Assembly (NCBI GenBank): GCA_001724265.1
Contig: MEDY01000120.1
Span: 1 to 64,000 of the forward strand
Direction of reading: 5' to 3'
From: Rhizaria sp. SCN 62-66
Taxonomy: Eukaryota
Length of the DNA: 64,000 bases
Part shown: in pieces, positions 24,577 to 38,448 of the stretch
Position numbering within the stretch: position 1 is the stretch's first letter
Layout: each line of letters starts with the position of its first letter
Notes under the pieces: model-generated
Seen by the model: the letters and a program-made list of their open reading frames with translations, nothing else
What the model was told of the DNA's origin: nothing
Databases searched by the model: none
Translations under genes and position numbers: made by a program

Positions 24577-24990
24577 ACGAACACACTGATATCATGTGTA
24601 TATGCATGTACAGTATCCCATCATAGGCTTTTGGGATGCGGTAGAGTTTGGTAGCAGGCTGCTTTGCGGAGGGAAAGCATGTGTGAGTCAGGCCACGACG
24701 TGGTAGCCGTTTTGGCAAACCCGGCAATTGGCGATATTAACGCGCGTCTGAGAATTTAATGCTTGGATATTTTTATAAATCTGCGCCGAATACATAGTTT
24801 AGAATTGAATTTACCCCGCCAATGTTTAGTCGTCATGAGTTGTGCGCTCGGAAAGAGGGTTAATGGCCGCCATTTCGAGTGACCGTGGGCAGCGTCCAGT
24901 CCGACTCGGACCGGGGGCAAAGTAAAGGGAGACGATTAACTCTGCAGTGAGAAAGGGGCGAGGAGACGTCGTCTAGTGACTCATTTCTCG

Positions 24991-26445
24991 ATGAAGTTTC
25001 TTCTTAGTGTGTTGGCCATTGTTGTGGCGGCATTTTGCGTCTCTGTTGAGGGTGCTATGTCGCAGGCTGAGGCTCAAGCCAAGGCTGAGGTACGTCAACA
25101 AAAGCAGCTCTCTTCTTTCTCCCCTTTCTCTCCCTCAAGCGCTCTCTCTTTTATATACCACACTGCTAACGCGCTCACTTGATTGCATTTGCTGGATTTT
25201 ATGGATGTTATTTGTTTTTACAGCTCGACGCGTCGCGCTTCACCGCGTACGTGGACCGCTTCTACCCGGGCGGCCGCGAGGGCCCCCACAAGGACACGAT
25301 CGCCATGATCGCGCACGGCCTGCGCCGCCAGGACATCTCGCTGGCGTCCCTTGTCCAGGTCGCCGAGTCCATTACGGCCATGACGCACGCCCACGCGGAG
25401 GCTGAGGCGGAGGTCGACATGGAGGCCGAGCTCGATGTCGAATTGGACAATGAGCTTGAGGCCTCTACTGAGGCTGAGGTTGAGACTGAGGCTGAGCTTG
25501 ATTTTGAGCTCGACGCCGAGGCTGACACTGACGCTGACGAGGAGGCTGACGTTGACGCTGAGGCCCAGGCCGCGGCCGACGCCGAGGCTTACGCCGCCGC
25601 CGAGATCTTCACTGCCGGCGCTATGGAGGCCGAGGTTGACGCCGAGGCCGAGGCCGAGGCCGAGACCGAGACCGAGACTGCCGCGGTCACCGACGCTAAC
25701 GCTGAGACTGAGCAGGAGCAGGAGTACGAGACCGGCGCCGACGCCGACGCTGACGCTGACGCTGAGGCTGAAGCTGAGGCTGAGGGCGAGGCTGAGGGCG
25801 ACGAGATGTCTTTCCTAGAGAAGCCTCCCTCCGAGAGCACCGCCCCCGCAGCCTCGGGCCCCAACGGCTCCACCAAGTCCGTCGAGACGGCCGGGAACCC
25901 CGCCGCCGCGGCCCCCGCCGTCGACACGGCTGCGCCCGGCGCCGACGCCAACATGCGTGGCCCCAATGGCTGCCTCGTGCACAACGGGCTCGAGTGCAAT
26001 GGGCAGCGCGCGGGCAAGTGCGTGCAGAGCATCTGCCACTGCATCGCCGGCTGGACCGGCATCCGCTGCCAGGTACGTGTATTATCCTCGATCAGACTCT
26101 TGCCGCTCCTGGCGCTATCACTCGGATGGCAAAATGTTATAAATGTGAAGATATCATGTTTGTTCCGTTCATTATGGACATGAGCGTTATAATAGTTGAT
26201 GTTTATTTTGCATTTACTCTTATTGGGCCTAATTTTACTTCATAACTCGTTCATTTATTCTCACTTATATTCTATTTGTTCTTTCTTGATGCCTTCTTGT
26301 TGCCTCCTTTTGCGCGACTACTGCTCTATCTTCCGTCTTCTAGGTCGAGTGGTCCCTTGCGCGCCTGAACCCCTACACCGGCCTGGCCGAGGCCACTCCG
26401 GAGTGCGGCAACACGGTGTCGCAGTACCTCTCCACCTGCAACTGA
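24991..26445 (+). CDS. Secreted protein with an acidic Ala/Glu/Asp linker and a C-terminal EGF-like domain, 349 aa; exons 24991-25089, 25224-26072, 26344-26445
   Basis: Signal peptide MKFLLSVLAIVVAAFCVSVEG, an (AE/AD)n tract and a six-Cys EGF pattern CLVHNGLECNGQRAGKCVQSICHCIAGWTGIRC. Two GTACG introns; ends in TGA. Confidence 0.8.
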
Positions 26446-27070
26446 GTGCGTAAAGTGTAGAAGCTGAGTTGGGCGACGAAGAGCTGTGGCTAAGGGTTCG
26501 GGGGAATGATGTAAGTGCGCGCATGGGTGACAGATATAAGAGTCCCTATGTACGCGCAAGAATGAGCGTATATTAATCAAGATGAAGATGTACAAATAAC
26601 AACGAATACATAACAGAAAATATTAGCAAGGCAAGAACATAGCACTTGAATCGATACATGCTACGAAGTTTGTGTTGAACGCGAGATGAATCATGTATTT
26701 AGAGTTATTATGGTTAAGAGGCGACAACATGTATACACATGTAGCTGTCTGTGTATACAGGTGCAACTAGCTCAAACTAAGAGTAGGCGATCACAACAGC
26801 GCTTGTGATAAATACTACGGGAATTAGAGAGGCTGTGTTGTGTGGAGGTTGTTGATTGGTGAGTGATTGGTGAGTAAAACAAAATTTAAAAAGTTTTCAA
26901 AAGAAAAGCACACAGAATATACGAAAGTTTACTAAAATATCATCAAAAATATTACAATATAGCCAGAGCAAGTGGTGTCTCAAAAACACTCGCAGTCTTG
27001 CTCTGGCTCAGTCGCTTTTCAGTCCCTCTTCACAGAAAGAATTTATCTTCAGCTATTTACGCCGACACAC

Positions 27071-30000
27071 TTAGTGCGCGCCCTCCTTCCCCTTCTTGTG
27101 GTGACCGTGGGCGTGGGCGGGCGCCCGCGGCTTATCCAAGTCGCCGTCCATGAGCGCCTTCGCCAGCGCGGGCGGCAGCGGGGCCGGCTCCGCGATGGCA
27201 GGCAGCGCCAGCGCCCAGGCCTGGAGCTTCTGGTAGTAGTAGGGCGCGAAGAAGCGGTAGTAGCTGCGCCAGACTGCCCAGACGACGAACATGGCCATGA
27301 CGGCAAGTAGGAAGACGAGCCAGAGCAGAGTGGAGTTGTAGGAGAACTGAAGCAGCCCGTACGTGTCCGGGGAGAAGGATGAGAAAAAGACTAGCGACAG
27401 GAACATGTAGACGGCGATGAACAGCGCGATGCCGATGGCCCAGACGAGGACGGAGATCCAGGAGATAACGTCGCACTCGGCCAGCATGACGCAGTTGACG
27501 AGCACGATGACAGCCCAGCACTGCATGTTGCCGATGGAGAACAGGTCGAACGTCTTGCCGGAGCCAGCGTCGATCTCAGGCCGCATCGCGCTGTAGAAGG
27601 TGAAGGCGTAGACGAGCACGGACTGGATCGTCGCAACGGTGAGCCAACGCAGCAGCTCGGGCACGGTATAGCGCGTCTCAAGCTTGTTGTACTTGTACGC
27701 CAGAGGCGCGCGCAGCAAGAGCCGTTCGTGCGCGTCGCGGTCGAAGATGCCGATCGAGAGCGGCTGCAGCGAGGTGAAGGCGAGGTTGTAGAGCGACATG
27801 AAGTAGGAGCTCGCGACGATCTGGCCCGAGTAGTTGTCCGAGAAGGCGAACCACACGACGGGCAGCACGAAGACGAAGTTCTTCCACAGGGACAGCATGA
27901 CGACCTTAGACGTGCGGTTGAGGTTGTAGCGGCCGTGTACAAACAGCAGCCGCTGCAGGTGCGCGAACCGGTGGACGACGTAGTCGGCGGACATGGCGGC
28001 GTGCGAGCCCTCTTTGCCGAGGATGCCGATGCCGACGTGCGCCTCCTGGATCATCGACACGTCGTTGGCGCCGTCGCCAATCGCCAGGCACGTGTGGCCG
28101 AGCTCGCGCTTGACAAGCTGCACCACCAGCGCCTTCTGCTTGGGCGCGGAGCGGTACGTCACGATCGTCGCGCACGCCAGGAAAAAGCGCAGGAACTCCT
28201 CCTTGCAGTGGGTCAGCGCCGTCTCGAGCGTGTTGCCCGACAGAATCGCCACGAACACCAACGGCTTCGTCGTTTCGCCACTCTCAGAGGCGGCGTCATC
28301 GCTATTGTTGCTCTGAGAAACCTGCTTGTTCTTGCTCTTGTTCAGAGTGGCCATCTCGATGCCCGCCTCGTCGGCGGCATTGCTCCCGCTGCGGAGACTG
28401 CTAGCGTTGGCGCCAGCGTTAGCGTTGTTGTTGTTGTTGTTGGCGTCATTGGCACTGGCGGGCGCGGGACTGAGGGGCAGGTCGATCGCTTCGTCGTCGC
28501 CGGCGTCCGAGGGCCTCGACACCCGCGTGCGGATGCTCTGGCTGGGCTTCCCGGCGGCCTCGATGAACGCCAGACAGGCCGTGAGCGAGCGGCGGCACAC
28601 GTCAGCGCGCAGCTCGGCCTCCTCCTCGGGCGGCAGCACTATGGCGGGGACGGCGGCGCCCGCGGCGGCGGGGCTCAGCACTGGTGAACCCGTGACGGGG
28701 CCGATCGGCGACGCCATCGCCGCCAGCGCCTGCTGCTGCAGCGCCAGCGCGTCGGGGTTCTGCGCGATGTAGCGCTCCAGCCGCTGCGCGTGCTCCTCCT
28801 CGGTCGGCGTCGCGGTCACGTACAGCCTAGAGTTGGTTGTGAAAAAATCAGTTTGAGTTATATCGATGTGAGTTTGGTGCAGTGAAATGATAAACTCTGA
28901 ATAAATCAGTGTGAAATACATATAATTCATTGAAATTGTGCTAGTTTAGTATGAATTGCAATAGATATACAGCAAGCGACATACCTGGTCATGTGCTCCT
29001 GGAGGATGTGGCACTCAGCCGAGATGGTCTCGGCCGTCTCGCGCTTGTCGCCGGTCAGCACGACGACCTTGACGCCCGCGGCCAGTAGCGCGTCGACGGT
29101 CTCTGGCACGCGCTCCTGCATCTGGTCATTGACAGCCGAGATGCCCAGCAGGTCGAGCCCGCGCTCAAGCTTCGCGAACGCCGCCTCCTGCGCCGCCTCA
29201 CGATCGCCCAGCGAGGTATTCGCCGCGGAGTACACCGCGAACCAGTCGTCGAACTCGGCGGCGGCCATGACGCGGCCCGCGAGCACAAGCGTGCGGGAGC
29301 CCGTGGCCGCGAACGTGGCGGCCTGCTGCTCGGCGCGCGCCAGCAACGCGGCGCCCTCGGCCGACTCGGAGTCGCACATGGGCAGCACGGTCGAGTCCGC
29401 GCCCTTGATCAGGAGGTAGATCGCGTCGGTGGCGTCGCAGCGCACGACCAGGTCGGACCGGCGGCGCGCCGAGCTGAACTCGAGCGAGGCCAGGACCGAA
29501 AAAGTCAGCACTGCGGCGGCGGGGACGGCGACGGTGGCTGAGGCCTCGGCGGTGTGGGCGCCGAGCCCAGAGCCTGCGGCGGCGTCGCCAAGCCCGCCGG
29601 CGCTGCTGCTGCCGCCACCGTTGACGTTGACCTCGACGTCGAGGACATCCGGCGGCCGGGAAGTCACGCCGCCGCCGCTGCCGGAAGTATAGCCGCCCTG
29701 TTGGATGCCGAGCCCCTCGGTTCCTGGAATGTAGCCAGAGGACAGGGCTCCGTAGTCTTCGTCGGCGCCAGGCTGCTTGAACACGGACGCAGAAGACGAA
29801 CCAGCGGTATTGTTGTTGTTGTTATTGTTAATGTTAGCATTGAGAGGGCTCTTTTTGACGTCGTTGCTGTTGGCGTCGCCGCCGTTGTCATCTTCGGAGT
29901 AGCTCGTGCAGAGCAGCTCCAGGTGGTCGCCGAGACGGCGGAAGAGCATCAGCCCTGCGCGGTAAAAGGCCTCACACAGCGCGATCTCGTCGGGCGACTG

Positions 30001-33000
30001 CGACTGGAACTGCCACTGGCCCGTCTCGGCGTCCAGCACGGGCTGCACGCCGTTGTTGAGCAGCATGTTGTAGGCAAACAGCAGCTGCCGCTCGCGGACG
30101 CGGTTGGCGCGGAACCCCTCGGCCGCGGCAGCCGCCACAAGCGCCGTCTCGTCGGGCTGGAGGGCCTCCCAGGCCGCCGAGACTGCGGGCGGAGGCGCCA
30201 CGGCCTGCGTGGGGTGCGTAGTCGCGCGCGTCGGCCGGCAGTGCACCGGGGACAGCGGCTCGGGGGCGGAGGACGAGACGGGAGACGCCGCCGCGAACGC
30301 AGAGCTCTTGTTGCTGCTGTTGTTGCTGTTGGCGTGGAAAGCGAAAGGCATAGCCTTGATGATGACGTCGGCGAGGGCGTTGACCGTGGGCATGCCGGGG
30401 GTGCTCAGACTCAGGTTGGACGCGGAACCACTTAGATTGTGGCCCTCCGCGTCAGCGGCGCCGTCAGCGTTGGCACCCTTAGACTCGCCGTCAACAGCAG
30501 ACTTGTTGCTATTGTTGTTCTTGTTCTTGTCATCATTGCCGTTGGCGCCATCCTTGTTGTTCAGCCGGTCAGGCACGTCCTGGAACAGAGTGCCCGCGAC
30601 AGACACGTACGCCAGCTCCATCTTGTTCTGCGTGAGAGTGCCCGTCTTGTCACTGAACACGTAGTCGATCATGCCCAGCTCTTCGTTCAGCGCGCTCGTG
30701 TTGACGCGCATCGCCTTGGGCTTGGTCGAGGGCGGCATGTCCGGGTCCTTCCACAGGAAGCCCTCGTCCCACTCCATGAATTGGGCCTACGGTGAGGTAT
30801 AACACGAAAGCGATGAGAATTTGAGGGTAATATAAGCATGTGTTGAAAACAAGATAGTGAATTCGAATAAAATATGGTTAAACCCGCTGTGAAAATAAGT
30901 TTAACAACAATTCAAGATTATCAAAGCACATAAAATTTAAATGTAGAGAAAGCGTACCTGTCCGACTTTGACGAGTTCGATTGTGACGTAGAGCGAAATG
31001 GGAACCATCCAGGAATAAAGCACGTAATGCGTAAAGAAGGACAGCAGCCAGCCGACGAAGCCGCCCTCGTAGATGTCCATGACGTGCTCGAACTTGCTGT
31101 TGACGACGAGCGAGATGGACGGCATGAGCAGACAGAAGATGAGGTTGATGACCATGATGATGATGATGAACGTGTTGAGCTTACGTTCGAAGCGGCTAAA
31201 CTTAAACTGCGCCAAGTTACGGTTCAGCATCATCTTGGTCTCGCCGCCCGTGTACACGACGACGGCGTTGACAAAGGCCGTGTTGGCCAGAGATGAGCCG
31301 CGCAGCAGCAGCTGCTTGTGCGACAGCGAGTGCATGTACCTCCCCGCCCCGTCAGTATGGGCGCTGACCGCCGTCGCGGGCAGCTCGGGCACGATGGCCC
31401 CGCCGGCGGCGCCGGCGACGACAACTGCATTCGCGTTGTTATTGCTATCGATGCTCTCGCCCGAGTTGGGCGCGAGGGCGAGTGCGCCCTTCCACTCGTG
31501 CATGTTGCTCGACGGCGGCTCCGCGGTCACCGCGCCCTGCAGGTGCACGAGCCCCATGGGCTGGTGCAGCGCCAGTGTGGCCGCCGGCGACGACTTGGGC
31601 TTGGGCACGGCCTCGCCGTCGAGGTTGGCCGTGTTGACGAACGCCAGGCCGTCCGCAGAGGAGGACGACAACAGAGCAAGGTCGGCCGGGAACTCCTCCC
31701 CGTCCAAAATGCGGACGATGTCGCCGACGCGCAGGTTCGCCGAGGCGACGCGGTCCCACCACTGCACGCCCGCCTCGCGCGTGCTGCCAGCGCCGCCAGT
31801 CACGGCGCGCGCGGGCACGGCCGCGGTGACGGACCCGCCCGCGGATCCCCCGCCTCCTTTAGATGAGAGGCGCGAGACGGTCCGCGTGAAGGACGCGCGG
31901 CGGCCCGCGGCGCCTGTGTTGACGCCGCTCGTGCTGTGGTGGCCGCCGCCGCCGCCGCGGTGGGCGAAGGCGCCCAGGCCCAGGGCGACGCCGAGACGGG
32001 AGCGGCGCTCTGAGGCGGCGGCGGCGGCGTCGACGTTGCCGCTGCAGTCATTGCTGTTGTTGTTATTGTTATTGTTGCTCTGCTTGTGGTTGTTGCCGAG
32101 AACGACAGCGTCAGGGTCTGACTCCACGTTGTTATTGTTGTTGTTGTTGTTACTGCCGTCGACCATAGTGACTGTGGGCAGGCCTGCCGCGGCCACCGTG
32201 GCCACGGAGCCGTCCTTCGCATGGCCGTGCCCGTGGGCAGAGTGACTGTGAGCGCTCTCGACGAGGGCGTAGTCGGGCTTCGGCAAACGGGCCAGCACGT
32301 CGGCCTCGGTCACGCCAGTCACGCCGTTGCGCTCAGCCTGAAAACGACAGAAAAGATATGAAAAGATATGGAACGTGAGGTATAGGCACTCCAAGAGAAA
32401 ATTAAATGTAGATATAAAGTGACATTTTAAAAGCCAATACATCATACCACCTAAAGACATAATTGTCACTCCAACAAGAGATAAATCGATGATTTAGCAT
32501 CTGAAACGTACGCGGTCGAGCAGGGCCTTGCAGACGGTGGAGCGCGTCCTCAGCACGAGGTAAGTACGCGCGTTGGCGGCGTGGTCGGCGCGGTGACGGT
32601 TCCAGTCCTCCTTGGCCTCCTTGATGGCGGTGACGGCGAGGATGATGAGGAGCGGGATGAGCGACGAGTAGATTGGGAACGGTGACACCCCGGGAATCAG
32701 CTGGATGATGACGATGATGAGGAAGTATAGGTTCGCGATGCGCCGGAACTGTTCGAACAGGTTCAGCGGCAGGAAATCCCACCACCGGTACTTTGAGGTC
32801 TTGATGAAGTTGGATGCGAAGGCCTTGCCGGAGCCGTCGCCGCCGCGGTGGAGCTCCCGCTGCTCCTGCTCCTGCTCCGGCGTCAGCTGAGACGGTGAGC
32901 AACCTCCGTCAGCGTGGGGGTGACCGTGGGCAGCGGGCTGACTGTGGGCGAAGTGACGCAGCTCGGAGACCGTGAGGGGCTTGTTGGCGGGGGCGTTGTT

Positions 33001-33630
33001 GATGATGATGCGGCGCTTTCCAGCCTTCTTCTTACCATCCTTCGCATCCTTACCATCTCTGCCATCCTTGCCCTTGCCTGACTTCTTGTCACCGTCCTCC
33101 TTAGCAGCAGCGGCAGTGGCGGCCGTCTCAGTCTTAGCGCTGCCCTTGTGGCTGTGGATACCACCCTCAGCGTTGCTGCTGCTGCTACTGCTGTTGTTGT
33201 TGTTGTTGTTGTTCGCAGCAGCAGCGGCGGCGGCGGGGGCTGGGTCTGCGCGGACAACGAGGCTGAGCGTCGACAGCTGAGGGCCCTGCCCCTGCTCCTG
33301 CTGCTGTTCGGCGCTCACATTGCTGCTGTTAGCGCTGTTGTTGAGGGAGAACTGCTCCTCGTCCTGGTCGGTGATCGGCTGGACCGCCGAGGGCTTGATG
33401 CGCGCACTGGGCGGCATTTGCGGCGACGGACGGCCCGAGGCCTGAGCGCCGGCGGCGGCTGCGGCGGCAGAAGACGCTGCCGGGAGAGGCAGAGAGTCCG
33501 GGGGCGAGTTGCTGCTCGCGCTTGTCGCGTTTGTGGTGTTTTTAGCGCTGTGTGAGTCGGAGGCCGATCCGACAGGGTCCTCGGGGCCCGGAGGATTGGG
33601 GGACTGTGGCGGCGGCGGGAGCTGGGACAT
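27071..33630 (-). CDS. P4-type ATPase (phospholipid flippase), ~2018 aa; exons 33630-32512, 32337-30958, 30786-28985, 28826-27071
   Basis: Motifs SNFIKTSKY..FLPLNLFEQFRRIANLYF, EEFPADL, NLDGE, LLLRGS, VPISLYVTIE, NEELG, FSDKTGTLTQN, QSPDEIAL, LEFSSARRR, KGADS, LTGDKRETA and AIGDGANDVSMIQEAHVGIG, plus a C-terminal TM bundle. Ends in TAA. Confidence 0.97.
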
Positions 33631-34568
33631 TCACCGCCGACAAGGGCTCAGGCTGCGGGGACGCGCGGAGGGCGGGCGAGCACTCGGGGCGTCGGCGTCG
33701 GTGGGGAGAAGGGCGCTTGCGGGACGGAGCGAAAGCGGGGGCGACAACGGGGGTCGTTACTGCGGTGAGTAGGGGTTTGGGCGGGGGAGGCGCGCTTGCG
33801 AGCTCAAGCGGGGGCCTGGTGAGAGGAAAAGTGGATGAAAGGAGAGAAACGCTGAGAAGCGGTGTCGTGCAGGGGCAGAGGCAGGCGCGGGAGCGAGAGA
33901 GGGCGAGAGCAAGTGGGCAACGGGGGGCGGTCAGAGGGAGTGACGAACGGCGGAGGACGAGGAGGGGTGGGCAGTTAAGAAACGCCGAAGAGATGTAAAT
34001 CAAGGCTTTAAGGCGTAAAATTAAAAAATGTGGTATCATACAAGAGTTTCTATCTGAGGAGCTCTGTAAAAAGTGTCCAAGAGCAATACTTGCGGGTACA
34101 AATGCGGGGTTCGAGAGACTGTCGTTCATGTGGCGTCAATCTTTTCGACGACGGAGTCCCGCGCCACGGAGACACGTTCGCTGAAAGTTCTAAAACAAAT
34201 GAAGACTCATACAAGCTGTGTTCTGCGCAGCCAAACAATACAAAACCGACTGCTCGTTCCCATCGACGAGTGGCAGCCCCTTTGGGTCAGAAAACGTCTA
34301 CCTTCTCGACTACTGCTCGAGGCGGTCTGCTCACAGTCACCACAGGTCACCAGGCCAGGTCACTGCTTGCCATCAACAACGTGAGCGGGTGCAACCAGAG
34401 GCACCACTGACACGAGATAGATTGTGTCATGTATTTCCTAGGCAAATTCTCCAAAAATGTATCATATCAACTTGTTTTCTATTTAAATGAAGCGTCTATA
34501 TATCTTTTCATCAGACAATCCCGCACACAAGGACATAGTCACGAACTGAGCTAAAGAACTAAACTCAC

Positions 34569-37500
34569 TCAATATCCATGATTATGTTGCTGCTGATTCT
34601 GCTGATAGCAGCTCTCCGCCCCCGCCTGCTGCTGGTGGTACTGATGCTGCTGTTGCTGCTGCAGGTCCATCGCGGCCTCGGCCTCGGGCACGCGCTCCCG
34701 GAGGAAGCGGAGCACGGCGACCGGACCCGCGGCGACGACTGCGGGCCGGACCGCGCGCAGCGGGTTTCCGCCCAGCAGCAGCGCTGACAGCGCGGGCAGC
34801 ACGGCCTCGGTGGCCAGCCGCGGGTCCACGGCCGTCAACGCGTTGTTGCTCAGGTCTAGCACGCGCAGACGACCGTGGGCCGCCACTTGAGAGCCAGCCC
34901 CAGCGCCAGCGCAAAAGCCTGCGCTGGGGTCTGTGAGGGTGGGGAGCTGGCCGGGGGGCGGCGGGGCGAAGGCCGCGAGCGCGTTATTGTCCAGGTAGAG
35001 CTCGGTCAGCACCGGCAGCGCCCCGCGCCACAGCGAGTCGGCCTCGCGCACCGAAGTTAAGCCGTTGCCCGAGAGGCGGAGGACCGTGAGCGCGCCGTGT
35101 CCGCCCCAGCGGCCGCCGCCCATCAGCCAGTCCAGGTCCAGCTCGCCAGTCAGCGAGCAGTTGGACAGGTCCAGACTCGCCAGCGCCGGCAGCAGCGACA
35201 GCAAACCCCACGGAAAGCCCTGGGTGCGGCGTTAAAATACAAAAGGCAGCATAAAACAACTACTTGTGAATGAACTAGCGTGAAAAGCATAGTAGAATTT
35301 AAATTATGTGTTTTCATCTTTTAATATAAAGTTTTGTTTTCATATGTCATTTTCGCCGATCCCCAGTCTAAACACTTTCTGTGAAGTTCGAGACTTGACG
35401 TACCTGTGCATTGTACCCTCGGGGCGGCGCGGGCGCGCGGGCGCAGTGACCGAGGGGGTTGCCCGCCAGCGAGAGCGACCGTAGCGCCGCAAACACGGCC
35501 GGATTGCGCGGCACCTGCGCCGAAGACGGGGAGTCATCTGACTGGGGGATGATGCCGCGGGGGACGCAGCGGAGCCCGTTGCGGGTCACAGTCAGAGCAG
35601 CGACCGCGGGTGACAGCGCTGACGGCGCCGAGAGGGCGTCTAGGCAGGCGCTATCGGCGTCCAAGTCCTCCGGGGACACCGCTGTAACCGTAGCGCTCCT
35701 GCTGCCCGCGAAGCGCGGCGCCTTGCTCCCGTTCGCACTGCCGCTCCCGCCGCTGCCGCCGGCCTTGTTGGCGGATCCCAGGTTGTTGTTGTCGAGCGCG
35801 ACCTCGAAGACGCCCTCCCAGAGCCCCAGCGGCGTCAGCAGCGCCTGGTCGGACACCTCGGCGGGCACGCGCGTGAGCCCCAGCGAGGACAAGTCCAGCC
35901 GCCGCCCGCCCCCGGCGCCGGAGCCAGAGCCGCCGCCGCCGCTGGCGCCGCCGCCGCCGGCCGCGGCGCGGAGGGCCGCGACGACGACGCCGGTGCCCGC
36001 GGTTGTCGTGCCGGCGTTGACGGTGGCTGAGCCGTATCCTCCGTCGCCACCGCCATCACCGTCGTTGTCGTTGCCGGCCGCGTCCTCGAGGCGGGAGCAG
36101 AGCCAGAGCTTGAGCTTTGTCGCCCCGCCAGCGCGGATGTGCGGCGGCACGGCCCGCAGCGGGTTGCCCTCGAGCGCGATGCGGCTGAGCGCGGGCAGCG
36201 CGCCCAGCGCGGGCGGGAGGTCGGAGATGTCGTTGGAGGCGAGGGAGAGCGCGGTCAGGCGGCGCAGACCCAGCACGGCGGGCGGCACGGCCGGGAGCCT
36301 GTTCTCGGACAGCGAGAGCGTCGACAGCGACTGGCACGATAGAAGCGTGGACGCGTCGGTGAGGGCGTTATGCGCCGCCGACAGAGACTCGAGGCGGTGC
36401 TCGAACCGGCCAGCATCGCCGCCGCCGCTGCCGCCGCCGCCGCCGCTGCTACTGCTGCTGAGACTGGCCGTGTTGCCGGTGGCGGCGGCTGCGAAGGAGG
36501 ACACGGGCAGCGTGGGCAGCACTGGCAGCGCAGCGAGCCCGTTGAAGCTGAGGTCGAGGGTCCGGAGCCCCAGTAGCGGCGCCAGTGACGGGAACGGGCT
36601 GACCAGGTCGTTGTGCGACAAGTCAAGCCGCTCCAGGGGCGCGAAGCCGCTGACGGAGGAACCGGTAGTCAGACTGGGGGCGGGCTGCGGCAACGACTGC
36701 AACAGCGGAGCCAGGGCCGCTGAGGAGAGGTTGTTGTGGGAGAAATCCAGCAGAAGGAGCGACTGCATGCACGCAAAACTACCGTTGTTGTTATTGTTGT
36801 TGTTGCTTCCGTTACCGACAGTCGCCTGTTTGCTCCTCGCTTGCGCGAGCCGTGAGCTGTTGCCTCCGAACAACAAAGCCCCTTGCTGCTGTTCTTGCTG
36901 TTGCTGATTGCCATTATTACCGCCGCCGTCGCCGTCGTCGTCGTCATCGAGGTCTTGTTCGGTGAAGAGTGCGGCGAGCCTGTTGTTGCTGGCCGTGAGC
37001 ACCTGCAAGCCGGCCCGCGCGCCCAGAGCCGCGGGCAGCGCGGCCAGCGCGTTGCCGTCGCAGTGCAGATGCGTGAGCGCCGCCAGCGCGCCGACCGCGG
37101 CGGGCAGCCGCTCGAGCCGGTTGTTGCGCACCGAGAGCACGCGCAGCAGCGGGAGGCCGCGCAGCAGGGCGCCGGGCAGCCCCACCGAGGAGAGCGCGTT
37201 GTTGTCGAGCGCGAGGGAGGTGAGGGCGCCGCCGAGGGACGACGCGAGAGAGGCCGGCAGGGACGTGAGCGCGTTGCTGCTGAGGTCGAGCGTGACGAGG
37301 TCGACAAACTCCCACCACCGCGCGTCCCCGTCCGCCGCCCCCGCCTCCTTACCATGGGGATCGGTGTTGTAGTAGTCGAGCAGCACGGGCGGCAGCTCCG
37401 TGAGCCGGCAGTTGGCCAGCGACAGAACACCCGACGACCGGCCCGCGAGCAGCCGCGCCCTCACAGCCCCGGCTCCAGCGGCGCCACCGCCGCCGCTGCT

Positions 37501-38448
37501 GCTGCCCCCGCTATTGTTGCCTGCAAAGCCGCGGAGGGAGCTGCGGGCCGGGAGCGCCGCCGCTGCTGCGTTAGGGCGAGAAACGGCGCCTGCATGCGCG
37601 CGCGCATTGCTCGCGCTGTTGTAACGAGAGTTGGTGTTACTAGGTGGAGATAAAGGGGCGTCTGTCTCGGGCAAAGGAACAAATGACCACGGACTCGCGC
37701 TGTTGCCGCTATTAGCACTGTTGTTGTTGTTGATAGCGGATGCGCGGACGCGGCTGACGGCGCTGGGGCGGGCGGCGGCGCCGCTAGCGCTCGCGTTAGA
37801 GGCGCTAGAAACGATGGCACTGTTCGTGTTTGAGACGGGGCGAGTGATGCGAGACGCCGCCGCAGTCGCCGCTGTCGTGGTCCTGTTAGCGCCAGCGCCA
37901 GAGCCAGCGCCAGTGCGCAGGCCAGTGCCAGAGCGGACGCCGGTGGGTGCGGCGCCGCCAGCAACGCGAGCGGCCGCGCCGCCGCCAATAGCGTTCGAGC
38001 TCGTGCCAATACTGTTAGAGTAGCCGTCGTCCGCGTACGGTACGTTCGCACTGGACATACTACTGTTGTTGTTGCTGGTGTTGTTGCCAGAGAGCGACTG
38101 GCGGCGTGCGTTGGCGCGCGCGAGGGCGGCGGCGCGCGCGGCGGTGGAGCTCGGCGCGCCCGCACCGGCACTACTCGCACTCGCACTATTGTTACAGCCC
38201 GCACTCGCACTCACACGGTGAGCGCCTGGGCCTGAGTGGGACGGCGTGAGCGGGGTGACTCGGCTCGGCGCCGGCAGGCCAGTCGAGCCAGAGCCGAGCT
38301 GCGAGTGCGATTGCTGCGAGGGCGGACGGAGGCCGGAGGCGCGCGGAGCGGGAAGGCCGCTGGACGTGCTTGCAGTGTAGTTGCTGCCGCCGTAGCCCGC
38401 TGCGGAGGGGCGGGAGGAGCCCGCCATGGGAGGGTTGCTGCCACGCAT
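34569..38448 (-). CDS. LRRC40: LRRC40-like leucine-rich repeat protein with a long disordered N-terminus, ~1231 aa; exons 38448-35404, 35219-34569
   Basis: SGVLSLANCRLTELP, RWWEFVDLVTLDLSSN, many LxxLxLxxN repeats and two cap motifs (LEGNPLRAVP..GGATKLKLWLCSRL and GNPLRAVRPAVVAAGPVAVLRFLRERVP). Ends in TGA. Confidence 0.78.
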
